Shown: positions 29,272 through 39,594, numbered from the stretch's first letter. The stretch is 64,000 bases of DNA from Actinomycetota bacterium (GCA_027592925.1 JAQCJO010000002.1:5617-69616), one strand, 5' to 3'. The notes: a model not told the origin generated them from the letters alone. Numbers and translations are program-made.

Positions 29272-30144
29272 GTGACCGCAACCTCCACTCACCCTTCGTC
29301 TGAAGGTGTCCAACTTGTGGTCTACGACTATGCGTCGACGTCACAGAAGCAACCTGTACTTCTTTCACACGCGACAGGGTTTCATGGCCGAGTGTTTGAC
29401 CCTATTGCCGAGCACTTGCACGCTTCACATCACTGCTATTCATTTGACTATCGCGGGCATGGTGACTCGGGTTTGCCTCAAGACTGGAAAGCAAACTGGA
29501 ATAGTTACGGCGATGATGCTCTTGCAATTGCACGCGTAATTACAGCTGCACATACAGATACGCCGATCATTGGTGCTGGACACTCGATGGGTGGAGCAGC
29601 ACTTGTAATGGCCGCTCTTCGGGCGCCAGAACTCTTTAGCGCTCTCGTTCTCTACGAACCAATTATCTTTCCGCCCCAAGTGCGAGTCGGCATCACGAAT
29701 ACCGGAGTGCCTAGTCCGCTTGCCGATGGAGCACGCCGCCGACGCAGCACGTTCACTTCGTTTGACGAGGCGATCGCCAACTACTCATCAAAGCCACCGC
29801 TCAACGTGATGCGCCCCGATGCATTGCGCGCGTATGTCATGCATGGTTTTCGCGCCCAGCACGACGGTATTTCGATCAAATGCTCCCCCGAACACGAGGC
29901 TCGCACTTTCGAGATGGGTGCGATTCACGAAACTTGGAATGACCTGCCCAAACTGCGGGTGCCCGTGTGGCTAGTTTCGGGAGAAGTGATTCCACACACT
30001 CCAGGCGCAATTGCTGCGCTCATCGCCAATGAAATATCTGGCTCAACACTCGTGCAATGGACCGACCTCGGACACTTTGGCCCAATGCAAGATCCACAAC
30101 GATTCGCGCAACTCATCGCGCAGGTAGATGCGGTCACACAGTGA
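29272..30144 (+). CDS. alpha/beta-fold hydrolase
   Basis: Contains HATGFHG and the nucleophile elbow GAGHSMGG, with C-terminal LGHFGPMQDP. A TATAAT at 29240-29245 and an SD-like GGAG precede the GTG start. Confidence 0.8.
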   Translation: MTATSTHPSSEGVQLVVYDYASTSQKQPVLLSHATGFHGRVFDPIAEHLHASHHCYSFDYRGHGDSGLPQDWKANWNSYGDDALAIARVITAAHTDTPIIGAGHSMGGAALVMAALRAPELFSALVLYEPIIFPPQVRVGITNTGVPSPLADGARRRRSTFTSFDEAIANYSSKPPLNVMRPDALRAYVMHGFRAQHDGISIKCSPEHEARTFEMGAIHETWNDLPKLRVPVWLVSGEVIPHTPGAIAALIANEISGSTLVQWTDLGHFGPMQDPQRFAQLIAQVDAVTQ

Positions 30145-30968
30145 CAGAAGTGTTTGCACTTCCAGAAACATTGTCACCATCGGGTACGGGCACATTTCAA
30201 AATTGTCCGTTGCAGTTTCGATTTCAAAATATTCAAAAACTTCCACAGCCACCAGGCGCTGCAGCAGTAAAAGGAAACGCGGTGCACCGCGCACTCGAGC
30301 TGCTTTTCCAACTCGATGCGCCACTTCGCACACACGAAGCCGCACACGATTTTTTGGCAACGGCTAAAACCGAATTTGAACCAACATACGACATCACTGG
30401 CCTCAACTTGACGCCCGACCAAGCCAGCAAGTTTTGGGCCGACTGCACCACGCTCGTCGACTGCTACCTGCGCATGGAAGACCCAACGTCCATCAACTCA
30501 ATTGACACCGAAATGTGGGTGACTGCTCCCCTCGCCAAAGTTGCACTGCGCGGCATCATCGACCGCATCGAACGCGATGCAGATGGCGGACTTATCATCA
30601 GCGACTACAAGACCGGCAAAGCCCCGCGCGATATTGACGTTGACGGCAAGATGATGCAGTTGCAAATGTATGCATACATGCTGCGCGAAATGCGGGGCGA
30701 ATTACCAACATCGCTGCAGTTGCTGTACATCAAAGACGGCATTCGCCACACACGCACACCGACAGAGCAGTCGATGCGTTTTGTGCACACACGCACCACT
30801 GCGCTTTTTAATGCAATTGAAAAGTCGTGCGCAACGTCATTCTTTCCCACCAAAAAAAGTGGACTGTGTAACTTTTGCAACTTTAAATCGTGGTGCCCAG
30901 AGTTTGGTGGCGACCCATCCAAGGCTGCCGTAGAAGCACCTCTCAAATACCCAAGGCCACCACAATGA
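30141..30968 (+). CDS. PD-(D/E)XK nuclease, RecB/Cas4-like with Cys cluster
   Basis: Core IIDRIERDADGGLIISDYKTGK. An N-terminal Cys (FQNCPLQF) and C-terminal CNFCNFKSWC give a Cas4/AddB-type 4-Cys arrangement. The GTG start overlaps the upstream stop (GTGA). Confidence 0.8.
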   Translation: MTEVFALPETLSPSGTGTFQNCPLQFRFQNIQKLPQPPGAAAVKGNAVHRALELLFQLDAPLRTHEAAHDFLATAKTEFEPTYDITGLNLTPDQASKFWADCTTLVDCYLRMEDPTSINSIDTEMWVTAPLAKVALRGIIDRIERDADGGLIISDYKTGKAPRDIDVDGKMMQLQMYAYMLREMRGELPTSLQLLYIKDGIRHTRTPTEQSMRFVHTRTTALFNAIEKSCATSFFPTKKSGLCNFCNFKSWCPEFGGDPSKAAVEAPLKYPRPPQ

Positions 30969-31522
30969 ACGCAGAGCCCAATGCACCACGCAAACTGTTG
31001 CATCTGCGCATGGATGCCGCGGTCGATAACGCCCTCGAACACATCCGCGACAACAAAATTGTCATCGTAATTTTCTCGATCGCTAGTGCTGTCGGTGACT
31101 TTGGCCTGCTCTGGCACATCATCGGCCTCGTGCGCTCAATCGGCAACATTGACCGCCTGCAGCAAGCACTCATTTTTTCGATTCTGATTGGTCTTGAAAG
31201 TCTGATCCTCAATCAGGGCATCAAGCGCCTGTTTAGGCGCTCTCGCCCAACAGAAAAGGGCGACACACGGTTTGCTCTGCGCAAGCCTCGAACCTCAAGT
31301 TTCCCCAGCGGGCACTCATCGTCTGCATTCTTTTCGGCTTTAGTGCTCACCTATTTCACGGCATGGCCGTGGTGGTTGCTGTTCTATGCGTTTGCGTTAA
31401 TCATCGCAACGAGTCGTGTTGGCGTGCGCATTCATCACGCGAGTGATGTCATTGCCGGTGCATTTGCAGGCACGCTCATGGGCGTGATCGGATTACTGGT
31501 GTTGCGCCACTACGGCGTGTAA
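30965..31522 (+). CDS. PAP2-family phosphatase (membrane)
   Basis: Acid-phosphatase motifs KRLFRRSRP, PSGHSS and SRVGVRIHHASD. The ATG overlaps the upstream stop (ATGA). Confidence 0.85.
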   Translation: MNAEPNAPRKLLHLRMDAAVDNALEHIRDNKIVIVIFSIASAVGDFGLLWHIIGLVRSIGNIDRLQQALIFSILIGLESLILNQGIKRLFRRSRPTEKGDTRFALRKPRTSSFPSGHSSSAFFSALVLTYFTAWPWWLLFYAFALIIATSRVGVRIHHASDVIAGAFAGTLMGVIGLLVLRHYGV

Positions 31523-31534
31523 CAGTTTTGGTAT

Positions 31535-31705
31535 TTAGGCTTCGTTGGACGCAGCAGAGTTTGCAGTCAACAACAAGCGAACATCAAGTAACAAGTCGGA
31601 TACTTCGATGGTTGATACCAATTCGCGGTGCAGCATTTCGGCCAGTGCCTTGTCGATGACGGTGAGGGCTTCTGAGATAACTGCAGTTTCGCGTGAATCG
31701 GTCAT
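31535..31705 (-). CDS. small hypothetical protein (56 aa, helical)
   Basis: ORF MTDSRETAVISEALTVIDKALAEMLHRELVSTIEVSDLLLDVRLLL... has no recognisable family. It sits in an otherwise empty gap, and whether it is coding is unproven. Confidence 0.3.
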   Translation of the reverse strand: MTDSRETAVISEALTVIDKALAEMLHRELVSTIEVSDLLLDVRLLLTANSAASNEA

Positions 31706-31764
31706 GGCATGACCATACCTGATCGGTGTCACAAAATCGCGACACTGTGCGTAACATCACAGGC

Positions 31765-32571
31765 ATGGAACTTGCAGGAAAAATAACTGTTGTAACGGGT
31801 GCTGCGGGCGGGATCGGAATGGCGCTGGCCGAACGATTCCATACAGAAGGAGCAACCGTTGTCTTGGCCGACCGCGACCAGGCTCCACTTGACGCGATTG
31901 CGCTGCGCCTAAACGCGCAGCGCCCAAACTCTGCCCTTGCCGTGGCTGGTGACCTCGGCACCGAAGAGGCAAATGCCACACTGATTTCTACCGCCGAAAA
32001 AACATTTGGTCCAATCGATTTGTTTTTCGCCAATGCAGGTGTTGGGTCGGGTACCGATCTCACCACCGAAGAAGACGTTTGGAACACAGCATTCGATATC
32101 AACGTCAATGCGCATCGTTGGGCGGCAAAGTATTTGGTACCGGGTTGGCTGGCTCGCGGAGAGGGATATTTTTGCAGCACTGCGTCTGCTGCTGGCTTAC
32201 TCTCGCAAATTGGCTCAGCTCCTTACTCCGTCACCAAACACGCTGCACGCGCATTTGCCGAATGGCTCTCGATTACTTATGGTAAGCGTGGTATTCGCGT
32301 GAGTTGCTTGTGCCCACAGGGTGTCAATACCAACATGCTCAAGGGTGGCGACAACCCTGCTGGCGGAGAAACCACCAATGTCGTGCGCGTGGCAGGCGTG
32401 GTGCTCGAGCCAGCCGACGTTGCTCAGGTAGTTGTTGACTGCATCCGAGCAGAAACATTTTTGATTCTGCCCCACCCTGAAGTAGCGCAATATGCAACGC
32501 TGAAGGCGTCAGAGAACGAGCGTTGGCTTGCCGGAATGCGCAAACTACAAATGCGAGTGTTCGGCGTTTAG
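31765..32571 (+). CDS. SDR-family oxidoreductase
   Basis: Starts MELAGKITVVTGAAGGIGMA and carries the YSVTKHA (YxxxK) motif. Confidence 0.85.
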   Translation: MELAGKITVVTGAAGGIGMALAERFHTEGATVVLADRDQAPLDAIALRLNAQRPNSALAVAGDLGTEEANATLISTAEKTFGPIDLFFANAGVGSGTDLTTEEDVWNTAFDINVNAHRWAAKYLVPGWLARGEGYFCSTASAAGLLSQIGSAPYSVTKHAARAFAEWLSITYGKRGIRVSCLCPQGVNTNMLKGGDNPAGGETTNVVRVAGVVLEPADVAQVVVDCIRAETFLILPHPEVAQYATLKASENERWLAGMRKLQMRVFGV

Positions 32572-32574
32572 TTT

Positions 32575-33486
32575 TTAGTTTTTGAATTCAGGAATCAGCG
32601 TGGCGAGTTCGCGCCACTCGGCACTTGGCAGCGAAACAAAATCTTCGGTCAATACTTGCACACAAACATGGGATGCACCGGCGTCGTAGTGCTCTTGAAT
32701 ACGTTTGCGAATAGTGTCGAGTGTGCCCCATGTGCAGATTGCGTCGACCAATCGGTCACTCTGCACGCCATGTTCATTCTTGATGTCTGCTTCGGTAAAA
32801 CCAGAGCGCAATAAATTGTTGGCGTAGTTGGGCAAGCGCGTATAGGTGCCCATGTATTGACGAGCGATTGTGCGTGCCTTTGTTGCATCTGTCTCGAAGA
32901 TCACGGCAAGTTCTGGCGCAAGAGTTGGGCCAGCACCCATGATCTCTCGAGCAACTGCTGTGTGATCTGGCGTTGTGAAATACGGGTGTGCACCATCACT
33001 TCGCTCGCCCGCCAACTTGAGCATCTTTGGCCCCAGTGCTGCGAGCACGCGATGAGTTGGAGTCGACGGCTGTGCCGCCATAAACATGCCAGCGTCCATC
33101 GTGTCGAGATATTCGACCATGGTCGAATATGGCTTTTCATATGTCTTTTTGTGAATTGCCTTTGCCATATTTCCGTGGCTCGTGCCAATGCCCAGAAGAA
33201 AACGATCAGGGAATGCTTCGGTCAATGTTTTTTGCCCGGCTTGCATCGTTGCCGCACTACGTGCCTGCATCGATGCGATGCCCGTACCGACTATCAGTTT
33301 TTTTGTAGCACCAAGCAACAAACCTGCATGTGCAAACGGCTCACGACCCACTGCTTCGGGAATCCACACTGTCGAAAACCCGAGTGACTCGATCTCGCTC
33401 ACTGCCTCGAGAGATTTGGCCATTGGTTGTGCGTCGAGCGTCCATGTCCACAGACCGAGCCGACCAATATCGAGTGGTTTTGTCAT
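32575..33486 (-). CDS. LLM-class probable F420-dependent oxidoreductase
   Basis: Starts MTKPLDIGRLGLWTW...LGFSTVWIPEAVGREPF, typical of this group. I chose the internal ATG start (MTKP). Confidence 0.82.
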   Translation of the reverse strand: MTKPLDIGRLGLWTWTLDAQPMAKSLEAVSEIESLGFSTVWIPEAVGREPFAHAGLLLGATKKLIVGTGIASMQARSAATMQAGQKTLTEAFPDRFLLGIGTSHGNMAKAIHKKTYEKPYSTMVEYLDTMDAGMFMAAQPSTPTHRVLAALGPKMLKLAGERSDGAHPYFTTPDHTAVAREIMGAGPTLAPELAVIFETDATKARTIARQYMGTYTRLPNYANNLLRSGFTEADIKNEHGVQSDRLVDAICTWGTLDTIRKRIQEHYDAGASHVCVQVLTEDFVSLPSAEWRELATLIPEFKN

Positions 33487-33527
33487 AGTTGCCACAATAA
33501 CTGCACTCTCCCCGACCACCTGTACAC

Positions 33528-34073
33528 ATGATTACTGTGATGAGAGTAAAAATCTACAAAACAATACAGATGCGTGGAGTAACCACTTCCTTCGCTTTAC
33601 TCATCGGGCTCGTATCTTGTTCTAGTTCGTCACAACTACTACCACCACTGCAAGGCAGGCAAGCAGATCTCGGGAAGATTGCACACGTGATCGATGGCGA
33701 CACAGTAGACATTGACATCAATGGACGCACCGAACGCGTTCGACTCATCGGAGTCGATACACCAGAAACCAAGCATCCAACAAAGCCCATCGAATGTTTT
33801 GGGCCAGAGGCAAGTGCTTACCTGACACAACTTTTGCCAAAGGGCATCTCGGTGCGAATCGAGCGCGATGTCGAGGCCCGCGACCGATACGGCCGGATGC
33901 TGCTTTATCTGTATCTCGGCTCTAACAATCTGTTCATCAATCTCGACTTGGTTGCACGCGGTTATGGCACGCCAATGAGCATTGAGCCGAACACATTTCA
34001 CCGCAACGATTTTGTGCGTGCGGCGGCACAAGCCGAGGCCGCAGATGTGGGGCTTTGGAAGGCATGTCGCTAG
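33528..34073 (+). CDS. thermonuclease (staphylococcal nuclease-like) lipoprotein
   Basis: Contains VIDGDTVDI, RVRLIGVDTPE and DRYGRMLLY. The lipoprotein signal MRGVTTSFALLIGLVSC suggests the true start may be ATG 33570. Confidence 0.85.
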   Translation: MITVMRVKIYKTIQMRGVTTSFALLIGLVSCSSSSQLLPPLQGRQADLGKIAHVIDGDTVDIDINGRTERVRLIGVDTPETKHPTKPIECFGPEASAYLTQLLPKGISVRIERDVEARDRYGRMLLYLYLGSNNLFINLDLVARGYGTPMSIEPNTFHRNDFVRAAAQAEAADVGLWKACR

Positions 34074-34086
34074 TAGCGTTTGGGGT

Positions 34087-34932
34087 GTGAACAACGGCCA
34101 GCAGTCTCTTGTCGAACGACTTGGGTACTCGGCATCAACCAAACTCGTGATCATTAGTTGCGACGACCTTGGCGCATTTCATGCAGCCAATGTTGGTGTG
34201 TACGACGCATTGCGAAAAGGTGTTGCCACTTGTGCATCGCTGATGGTGCCAGCACCGTGGGCTCGACACGCAGTCATGGCATATGCCGGCGAAGACATTG
34301 GTGTGCACCTCACACTCAACAGCGAGCACCAGATGTACCGCTGGGGCCCCATCACCCACGCACCATCCCTGTTGTCGGGTGAAGGCGGCTTCCCGCGCAC
34401 TATTGACGACTTGTGGGAACACGCCGATTCGGCAGAAGTATTGCGAGAGTGCCGCGCACAAATTGCGAGCGCACTCGAATGGGGTATCGACGTCACTCAC
34501 TTGGCACCACACCTCACATCGTTAACGCTGCGACCAGAATTTTTTGATGTGTACATGGAACTTGCAGTCGAATACAAACTGCCTGTGAGGCTGCCGTCCA
34601 CAATTACCGAACAGCAAGCTGGTTTTCCATTTCGTGCACTCGCCGCCGAAGAGGGCGTGCTCTTCCCCGACCACTTTGATCACGATTGGCGCGAAGGCAG
34701 TCGTGAACGCGTTTTAAAGTCGTTGCACAATCTGCAACCAGGCGTTACCGAGATTCACGTGCAGCCGTGTGTTGATACTCCAGAAATTCGCGCACTTGGC
34801 AAAGCCTCAAGCGGATGGATCGACGACTACGAACTCGTTGTCAATGACCAGTCTCTCAAGCAAGCGATAACTGATAGCGGCACAACGTTGATCGGTTATC
34901 GCGAGTTGCGCGATGCAATGCGAAAAATGTAG
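34087..34932 (+). CDS. ChbG/HpnK (YdjC-like) carbohydrate deacetylase family protein
   Basis: Contains KLVIISCDDLGAFHAAN and GVHLTLNSEH. The start is uncertain between GTG 34087 and ATG 34045. Confidence 0.78.
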   Translation: MNNGQQSLVERLGYSASTKLVIISCDDLGAFHAANVGVYDALRKGVATCASLMVPAPWARHAVMAYAGEDIGVHLTLNSEHQMYRWGPITHAPSLLSGEGGFPRTIDDLWEHADSAEVLRECRAQIASALEWGIDVTHLAPHLTSLTLRPEFFDVYMELAVEYKLPVRLPSTITEQQAGFPFRALAAEEGVLFPDHFDHDWREGSRERVLKSLHNLQPGVTEIHVQPCVDTPEIRALGKASSGWIDDYELVVNDQSLKQAITDSGTTLIGYRELRDAMRKM

Positions 34933-34937
34933 TTATC

Positions 34938-35849
34938 TCAACGAATCCCGCGAAACATATCGCTTTCAAATTCGCCTGACCCCAGTGGTGCAGTACGCAG
35001 CAATGATTTTGCCAAGATCCAATCTTCAAATGGGTAGACAGCGGCAAGTTCGTCGTCACTGAGGCCAAACCAAAACGATTCAGTTTCATCTACCTGTGTT
35101 TTGTGCGCACGCAACGCCCCCGACCTCGCCCACAAAAACTTTCCGATCTCCAACTTGGTCGTGATCCGATCATCGAGATCGGGACGATTAAACCAATTTT
35201 CGTCATAAGGCGACTCGCCACGCAATCGCAACAACTCTTCGTGCACAGCAATAAGTCGCTTTCTCGACCATGCCGAGTAATACATCTTGATCGGTTGCCA
35301 CGGTTGGCCATGTTCTGGATACCACTCATCGTCACCCGCGCGATCAAACGCCAACACACTGATCTCATGCACTTTGATGTGATCGGGATGCGGATACCCG
35401 CGTTGATCGTCGCCATACGTCACGAGTACTTGTGGCTTCTCGCGGCGAATGACTGCAACAAGGCGTCCGACTGCTTCATCCATGTCTGCCATGTGGAAAC
35501 ACGCTGGGTTATTGTTTGTCGGCGAATCAACCATGCCAGAGTCGCGGTAGCCAAGCATCTCCACATGGTGGAAGCCAATTACTTTGGCCGCAGCATCAAG
35601 CTCGCTTGGTCGAAGTTGCTCGAGCAACTTTTTTTCAGTCGCAGCATCAAGTCCATGGAATGGCTGTCCAACTTCTTTGAGTGCTGGATTGTTTACATCG
35701 CCCTCTTCGCCCCCAGTGCAACACACCAGTACAGTGCGCACGCCCTGCGAGTTGTACCACGCCATTGTTGGTGCGCCTTTTGAGGCTTCGTCATCGGGAT
35801 GCGCATGCACCGTCAAGATGCACAGCGGTTCGAAGCCAAAACTCATCAC
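34938..35849 (-). CDS. mca: mycothiol conjugate amidase Mca (LmbE/PIG-L family)
   Basis: VHAHPDDEASKGA, GYPHPDHIKVH and ALRAHKTQ are colinear with M. tuberculosis Mca (Rv1082) as I recall it. Confidence 0.86.
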   Translation of the reverse strand: MMSFGFEPLCILTVHAHPDDEASKGAPTMAWYNSQGVRTVLVCCTGGEEGDVNNPALKEVGQPFHGLDAATEKKLLEQLRPSELDAAAKVIGFHHVEMLGYRDSGMVDSPTNNNPACFHMADMDEAVGRLVAVIRREKPQVLVTYGDDQRGYPHPDHIKVHEISVLAFDRAGDDEWYPEHGQPWQPIKMYYSAWSRKRLIAVHEELLRLRGESPYDENWFNRPDLDDRITTKLEIGKFLWARSGALRAHKTQVDETESFWFGLSDDELAAVYPFEDWILAKSLLRTAPLGSGEFESDMFRGIR

Positions 35850-35874
35850 GTCAGGCTAATAGTCGTAATCTAGG

Positions 35875-36471
35875 GTGATGCAACTGCGACACTTTCGAAC
35901 AATTTTTGCACTGACTTGTGTCACATTGTTGAGCGCGTGTTCTCACGACGGACGCGTGATGCAAGAACCTTCTGCTAACCAACAAGAATCAATTGCAGTG
36001 ACAACAACTGCAGGTGCAGTGATGACTCCGGTTGGAGGCTTTGCCCTCACGCCGCCGTGGGCAGAGGGAGCCCAACTTGATGCGCGCTTTACTTGCGCTG
36101 CTGGCATCTCTCCGAGCCTCACGTTTGTCAATGTTGCGTCAGACATCGTGACCTTGGCTCTGAGCATCGTTGATGAGACCACCAATAATTCGGTGCAGTG
36201 GATTGTTGCCAACATTCAACCGACGCAAACCGCTGTGGCAGAGGGTCAAGTACCTGTCGGATCTATTGAGGCCACAAATTCACTCGGCAACATCGGGTTT
36301 GGCGCACCTTGTCCACCTGCTGGAGAAACCCACACCTACCGATTGACGGGTTACGGTCTTCAACGGTGGTTAGAGCTCGAAAACGGTGTCGATAGCGCAA
36401 CACTCATTCAAGCCATCGAGCTCGCCGCACTCGATACGCAGTCCAGTTCGTTCATCGTCACGTCGAACTAA
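35875..36471 (+). CDS. PEBP (YbhB/YbcL, Raf-kinase-inhibitor-like) family lipoprotein
   Basis: Lipobox LLSAC, and the PEBP core WIVANI...GFGAPCPPAGETHTYRLTGYGL. Confidence 0.75.
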   Translation: MMQLRHFRTIFALTCVTLLSACSHDGRVMQEPSANQQESIAVTTTAGAVMTPVGGFALTPPWAEGAQLDARFTCAAGISPSLTFVNVASDIVTLALSIVDETTNNSVQWIVANIQPTQTAVAEGQVPVGSIEATNSLGNIGFGAPCPPAGETHTYRLTGYGLQRWLELENGVDSATLIQAIELAALDTQSSSFIVTSN

Positions 36472-36516
36472 CTTCCAATCTCATCTGAGGCGTCCGACAT
36501 CGCACTATGGGCTCAT

Positions 36517-38589
36517 TTGCCCCTCTCGACCTGTAAAGATATGGAGATTGACCGTTCGATAGCTTCCCTCCCCATTGGGGTATTTGAGACCGATATCAAC
36601 GGTCGTCTCACCACCGCCAATGATGCTTTTCGGGCGCTCGCCCTTGGTGGTGGAAGCATCACTCAAGGTGCTGCACCGTGGGTCAACGCACAGCCTGCCG
36701 AGCGATCACTTGCCGAGGCCGCGTGGCAACGTGCGCGCGAAACCGCGACACCATTTACATTTGAATTTCGATTGTGGAAGCCAGATGGCGAGGTGATGTG
36801 GGTACACGTGTCGACACAACCACAACTTGGCACCAACTCGGCGATCACTGGTTATGTCGGTACCGCGCATGATGTGAGCGACGCAGTTGTCAAGCGAGTA
36901 CTGAGCGAACAACTTGTTGGTCTGCTTGACGTGACAGCAGATGCAGTGTTGGTGTTTGACCAACATGGCGCGCTCATGTTTTGCAACGATGGCGCGCGCG
37001 AACTCATAGGCGTCAACGAACAAACCGGTCTCAATGATGCTGCTGCACAAATGTTCATCCAAGCAATTCGTGACCAAGTGCCACGCGAAGTCACCACATC
37101 GTCAACAAGCAATCGCTGGGAAGGCGAACTGGGTTTTAGAAGCCCAGACGGCATCATGCGCACGCTCTCGATTGTGTTGCAGATTGTGCGCACTGCAGAC
37201 GGAGTCATCTCGCACTACTCGGCTATTGCCCGCGACATCACCGAAGCAAAGCAACTGCAAGATGAACTCACCCGTCAGGCGACTCACGATGCAATGACCG
37301 GTTTGCCAAACCGTGTGCTGTTCTTGCGCAAGCTTTCTGAAGCTCTGGAGCGCAGCCGCACACTCAAGCGTGGCGTCACCGTCTTGTTTGTCGATCTCGA
37401 CAAACTCAAAGACGTCAACGACAACATCGGTCACGCAGTTGGCGACCAGTTGCTCAACACCATCGCCAAGCGACTGGTCAGTGCAACTCGCCCATCAGAC
37501 ATTGTTGCCCGCATCGGTGGAGACGAATTTGTGGTGTTGTGCGACGGACTTGGTGACGAGCATGTGGCAATGGACGTTGCAGACCGCGTGCGCCAGGCAA
37601 TGACGGGTCAAGTCATCTTGCAGGGCATCGAGATTTTTACCAGTGCTTCGATTGGTATCGCGATGGCAACGCCGGCCCTGCTGGCCGAAGAATCACCAAA
37701 TGATGCAGCAGTCACATTGCTGCGCAACGCAGACACTGCCATGTACCGAGCCAAGCAGCGAGGTCGGGGGCGATGCGAAATGTTCAGCGAGGAAATGCGC
37801 AAGACCGATCGTGAGCGCGCAGCACTTTCGTCCGAACTTGAACGCGCTCTTGCCACCAACCAACTCTTTGTTGTTCATCAGCCAATCGTCTCGACCCACA
37901 CCGGTCGAGTCGCTGGCACCGAGGCACTGCTGCGCTGGAATCACCCAGAACGCGGAGTACTTACGCCTCCAGCATTTCTCGAGATGGCTGAAGAATCCGG
38001 TGCCATTGGGCCAATTGGTGACTGGGTAGTTCGCCAGGCATGCACCGATGCACGCTCGTGGATGGACGCGCACATTGTGGACGGGTCATTTGTTGTGCAC
38101 GTCAATGTGTCGGCACGTCAACTCAGCGACTCTGGATTTGTAGAACGCGTGATGGGCTCATTGCGAGAAACAAAGCTTGAACCATTTCACCTCGCTCTCG
38201 AAATCAACGAAACCACAATGCTCAATGACAACCCCGCCATCATGCGCACACTCAATGCGCTCAAGCGCCAGGGCGTCAAACTCGCCATCGACGACTTCGG
38301 CACGGGATATTCATCGCTCGCTCATCTGCGCGATTTTCCTGCAGACTTCCTCAAACTAGATGGCACTCTTGTGCGCGATATTGGGCTGCAGGGTTCGGAT
38401 GATCCGATCGTTCGCTCAATTATTCAATTGGCACACTCACTGAACATGTCGGTGATCGCCGAGTGGGTGACGAGCGATGATCAGACGCAACGGCTACGAC
38501 TGTTGGGCTGCGACTTCGTGCAGGGCAACCGCATTGGAGAACCTGTAGTCGCTTCGGAGTTTGCTCCGCTTTTAGCCCGCCGCATTTAA
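36517..38589 (+). CDS. PAS-PAS-GGDEF-EAL cyclic-di-GMP signalling protein
   Basis: Two PAS-like regions, the RIGGDEFVVL active-site motif, and an EAL domain (EALLRW, DDFGTGYSSL). ATG 36541 is an alternative start. Confidence 0.92.
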   Translation: MPLSTCKDMEIDRSIASLPIGVFETDINGRLTTANDAFRALALGGGSITQGAAPWVNAQPAERSLAEAAWQRARETATPFTFEFRLWKPDGEVMWVHVSTQPQLGTNSAITGYVGTAHDVSDAVVKRVLSEQLVGLLDVTADAVLVFDQHGALMFCNDGARELIGVNEQTGLNDAAAQMFIQAIRDQVPREVTTSSTSNRWEGELGFRSPDGIMRTLSIVLQIVRTADGVISHYSAIARDITEAKQLQDELTRQATHDAMTGLPNRVLFLRKLSEALERSRTLKRGVTVLFVDLDKLKDVNDNIGHAVGDQLLNTIAKRLVSATRPSDIVARIGGDEFVVLCDGLGDEHVAMDVADRVRQAMTGQVILQGIEIFTSASIGIAMATPALLAEESPNDAAVTLLRNADTAMYRAKQRGRGRCEMFSEEMRKTDRERAALSSELERALATNQLFVVHQPIVSTHTGRVAGTEALLRWNHPERGVLTPPAFLEMAEESGAIGPIGDWVVRQACTDARSWMDAHIVDGSFVVHVNVSARQLSDSGFVERVMGSLRETKLEPFHLALEINETTMLNDNPAIMRTLNALKRQGVKLAIDDFGTGYSSLAHLRDFPADFLKLDGTLVRDIGLQGSDDPIVRSIIQLAHSLNMSVIAEWVTSDDQTQRLRLLGCDFVQGNRIGEPVVASEFAPLLARRI

Positions 38590-39594
38590 TTCGGGTCGTG
38601 GCCCGCTGCCGTTAAAAAATGCGAGCAAGGGTGCTGCTTCTTCACCGAGTTGCAACACAGAATTACCATTGATGGTGTCACCATAAACAGCGAGTGGAAA
38701 CGATGCAATATTTCCGCTGGCCGCGGGTCGCATCTTTTTTGCAAACTCAATCAGATCGAGTTGTTCGTCTACAACGATTGCGCCTAAGCCACCACTCATC
38801 ACTTTGCCAACCGAAAACGGATTGCCCACAACTCCAATCACGGAGCTTTTTACGAGTGCCTCGACAAATGAGCGTTGTCGCGCCGTACGGCCAATGTCAG
38901 ACGAGCCGTCAATCTGCCAGTCTCCATCGACTTTTTGCTCAAAGAATCTGCTTCGGGCAAACGCAAGTGCTTCCACCCCATCCAATGTTGAGCAACCTGG
39001 TTTCATAAAGAGGCCAGTGTGTTTGTCACGCGAGGGATAATCGACACATACCGACACGCCACCGACAGCATCAACAATCTGTTTAAAACCCTGAAAATCT
39101 ATTTCGACATAATGATGTATTGGCACTCCGAGCGCGCTCTGCACGGTGCGAACAAGCACATCGGTGCCGGCTTGATAGGCGGTATTGATGCGCTGAAAGT
39201 CTTCTCCACCACCGATGGCAACCCACAAGTCACGAGGTATCGACAGCAACGAAACCGAACCAGATTTTTTGACGTAATGCATCACCATCAATGTGTCGCT
39301 GCGCTGGCCGCCAATGTCTTCCTCCGCCCCAACGGCATTGAAGTCTGCATCAGTTGGGTCTGCTCCAGCACGCGAGTCAGAGCCAACCAGCAAATAGTTT
39401 TCAAACAACGGGTCGGGCGCAGATAATGCCGAAGTTGCAGTTATCTCACGCCGAATTTCATCCAGTTGGGCATGCACGTTTCGTACGATCCCAAACGAAC
39501 CTGCGCCTGCCGTAACGAGTGCGGCAACTGCGGTGATGATTAATCGTGTTGAGCGCTTGCCACGAGTTCGTGTTTCAGGACGATGCACCACCAC
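38572..39594 (-). CDS. LCP (LytR-CpsA-Psr) family cell-wall polymer ligase
   Basis: N-terminal TM helix, then YLLVGSDSRAG, RSDTLMVMH and LLSIPRDLWV. Confidence 0.88.
   Translation of the reverse strand: MVVHRPETRTRGKRSTRLIITAVAALVTAGAGSFGIVRNVHAQLDEIRREITATSALSAPDPLFENYLLVGSDSRAGADPTDADFNAVGAEEDIGGQRSDTLMVMHYVKKSGSVSLLSIPRDLWVAIGGGEDFQRINTAYQAGTDVLVRTVQSALGVPIHHYVEIDFQGFKQIVDAVGGVSVCVDYPSRDKHTGLFMKPGCSTLDGVEALAFARSRFFEQKVDGDWQIDGSSDIGRTARQRSFVEALVKSSVIGVVGNPFSVGKVMSGGLGAIVVDEQLDLIEFAKKMRPAASGNIASFPLAVYGDTINGNSVLQLGEEAAPLLAFFNGSGPRPELNAAG

Noticed and set aside
31584-32180. Long antisense shadow ORFs inside well-supported genes. Examples: 31584..32180, 17505..17975, 17908..18462, 19723..20379, 40199..40954, 54130..54798, 54456..55025, 33639..34154, 48396..48926.
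   Set aside because: Each lies opposite a gene with strong family motifs. They have Arg/Cys/Ser/Trp-rich or otherwise atypical composition and no homology I can recognise. Such shadows are typical of moderately GC-rich coding DNA.
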